In this document: positions 63,399 through 64,000 of the stretch, piece by piece | Numbering within the stretch: position 1 is the stretch's first letter | How the letters are laid out: the number at the start of each line of letters is the position of its first letter | Assembly: GCA_040954595.2 (NCBI GenBank) | Contig: CM082578.2 | Location: 3,330,831-3,394,830 of the forward strand | Source: Balanoglossus misakiensis | Lineage: Eukaryota > Animalia > Hemichordata | Length of the DNA: 64,000 nucleotides | Direction of reading: 5' to 3' | Translations under genes and position numbers: made by a program | The notes under the pieces: model-generated | Seen by the model: only the letters and a program-made list of their open reading frames with translations | What the model was told of the DNA's origin: nothing | The model's database searches: none

Positions 63399-64000
63399 TA
63401 ATACAAATTTCGAGAGCATACTTTAAAGGTGAATCTTATTGTCATTTACCATTTCAAATGATTTAGAAAATTATTGAAAGAGGAGATACAAATTTTATAA
63501 AATAATCAAGCAATTGCATAGCCAGCCATACAAAAAAATTGAAGTGAAACACCTGTTTAATCAAACAAAAAGATATTGATTTTTTCTATTGACAGAACAA
63601 TGGAAATTTACATGTTAACTTTCAACAGAGACTGGCCACCTCAGTTAGTCATTGCTTGTTTCCTCCAAAGTGTGACATTTGAAGTACATGAATACTTTGA
63701 TTTCTATGGCTTTTAAATTTTAATTTTGAAATTTTCAGTCTAATTCTTCAACGTACTTTTCCTAGATAAAACTAAATACAGTTATATCTACTTCATATCA
63801 TTTTTTGTATCTAAAACATAAAAAAGGTATTAAATGGACAACCTCGATGATACAAATCATGGAGAATTGTGGGTAAAATATCGTACTGTGCTCCCCTTCC
63901 CCTTAAGAAATTATTTAGTTTTCACTCCCCAAAAAACTGTCTTGAAACATTTTCGGTGTCATCCTTGCACAAAAATTAGTGACCCTCCCCCTGACTGTTG

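Larger units (their letters stand above)
61751..64000. mobile_element. Harbinger-like element, left end; probably extends beyond the window
   Basis: TTA then GGGCCTGGTCAGAATTAACAG(G)n; repeated TGACCCTCC motifs at 61820-61900 and ~63980; right TIR not seen. Confidence 0.4.

Overview
Eukaryotic (invertebrate deuterostome-like, probably hemichordate or echinoderm; inferred) genomic DNA. The right third holds two intact multi-exon minus-strand host genes: a type II transmembrane serine protease (TM-SEA-Frizzled-4xLDLa-SRCR-trypsin, ~39694-52267) and acid sphingomyelinase (SMPD1-like, ~54281-61492). The left ~39 kb is a dense nest of mobile elements. It contains a decayed Gypsy pol split by a 5.7-kb CACTA element that carries a BEN-domain gene; tandem TTAA-site MITEs inside a segmental duplication whose paralog shows the empty site; a ~31-copy 67-bp palindromic satellite; a spliced SWIM+YqaJ transposon pseudogene interrupted by a very young full-length Gypsy element (LTRs differ at 1 of 1123 nt, tRNA-Ser PBS, UUUAAAC frameshift site); and a decayed Academ element. 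The most unusual signal is a pair of sequence-unrelated ~400-bp non-coding elements (5108-5495 and 17449-17878). Each has a long 5' hairpin and an internal splint that base-pairs with both element ends side by side, like a DIRS internal complementary region. All coordinates were read by eye; exon boundaries are approximate.
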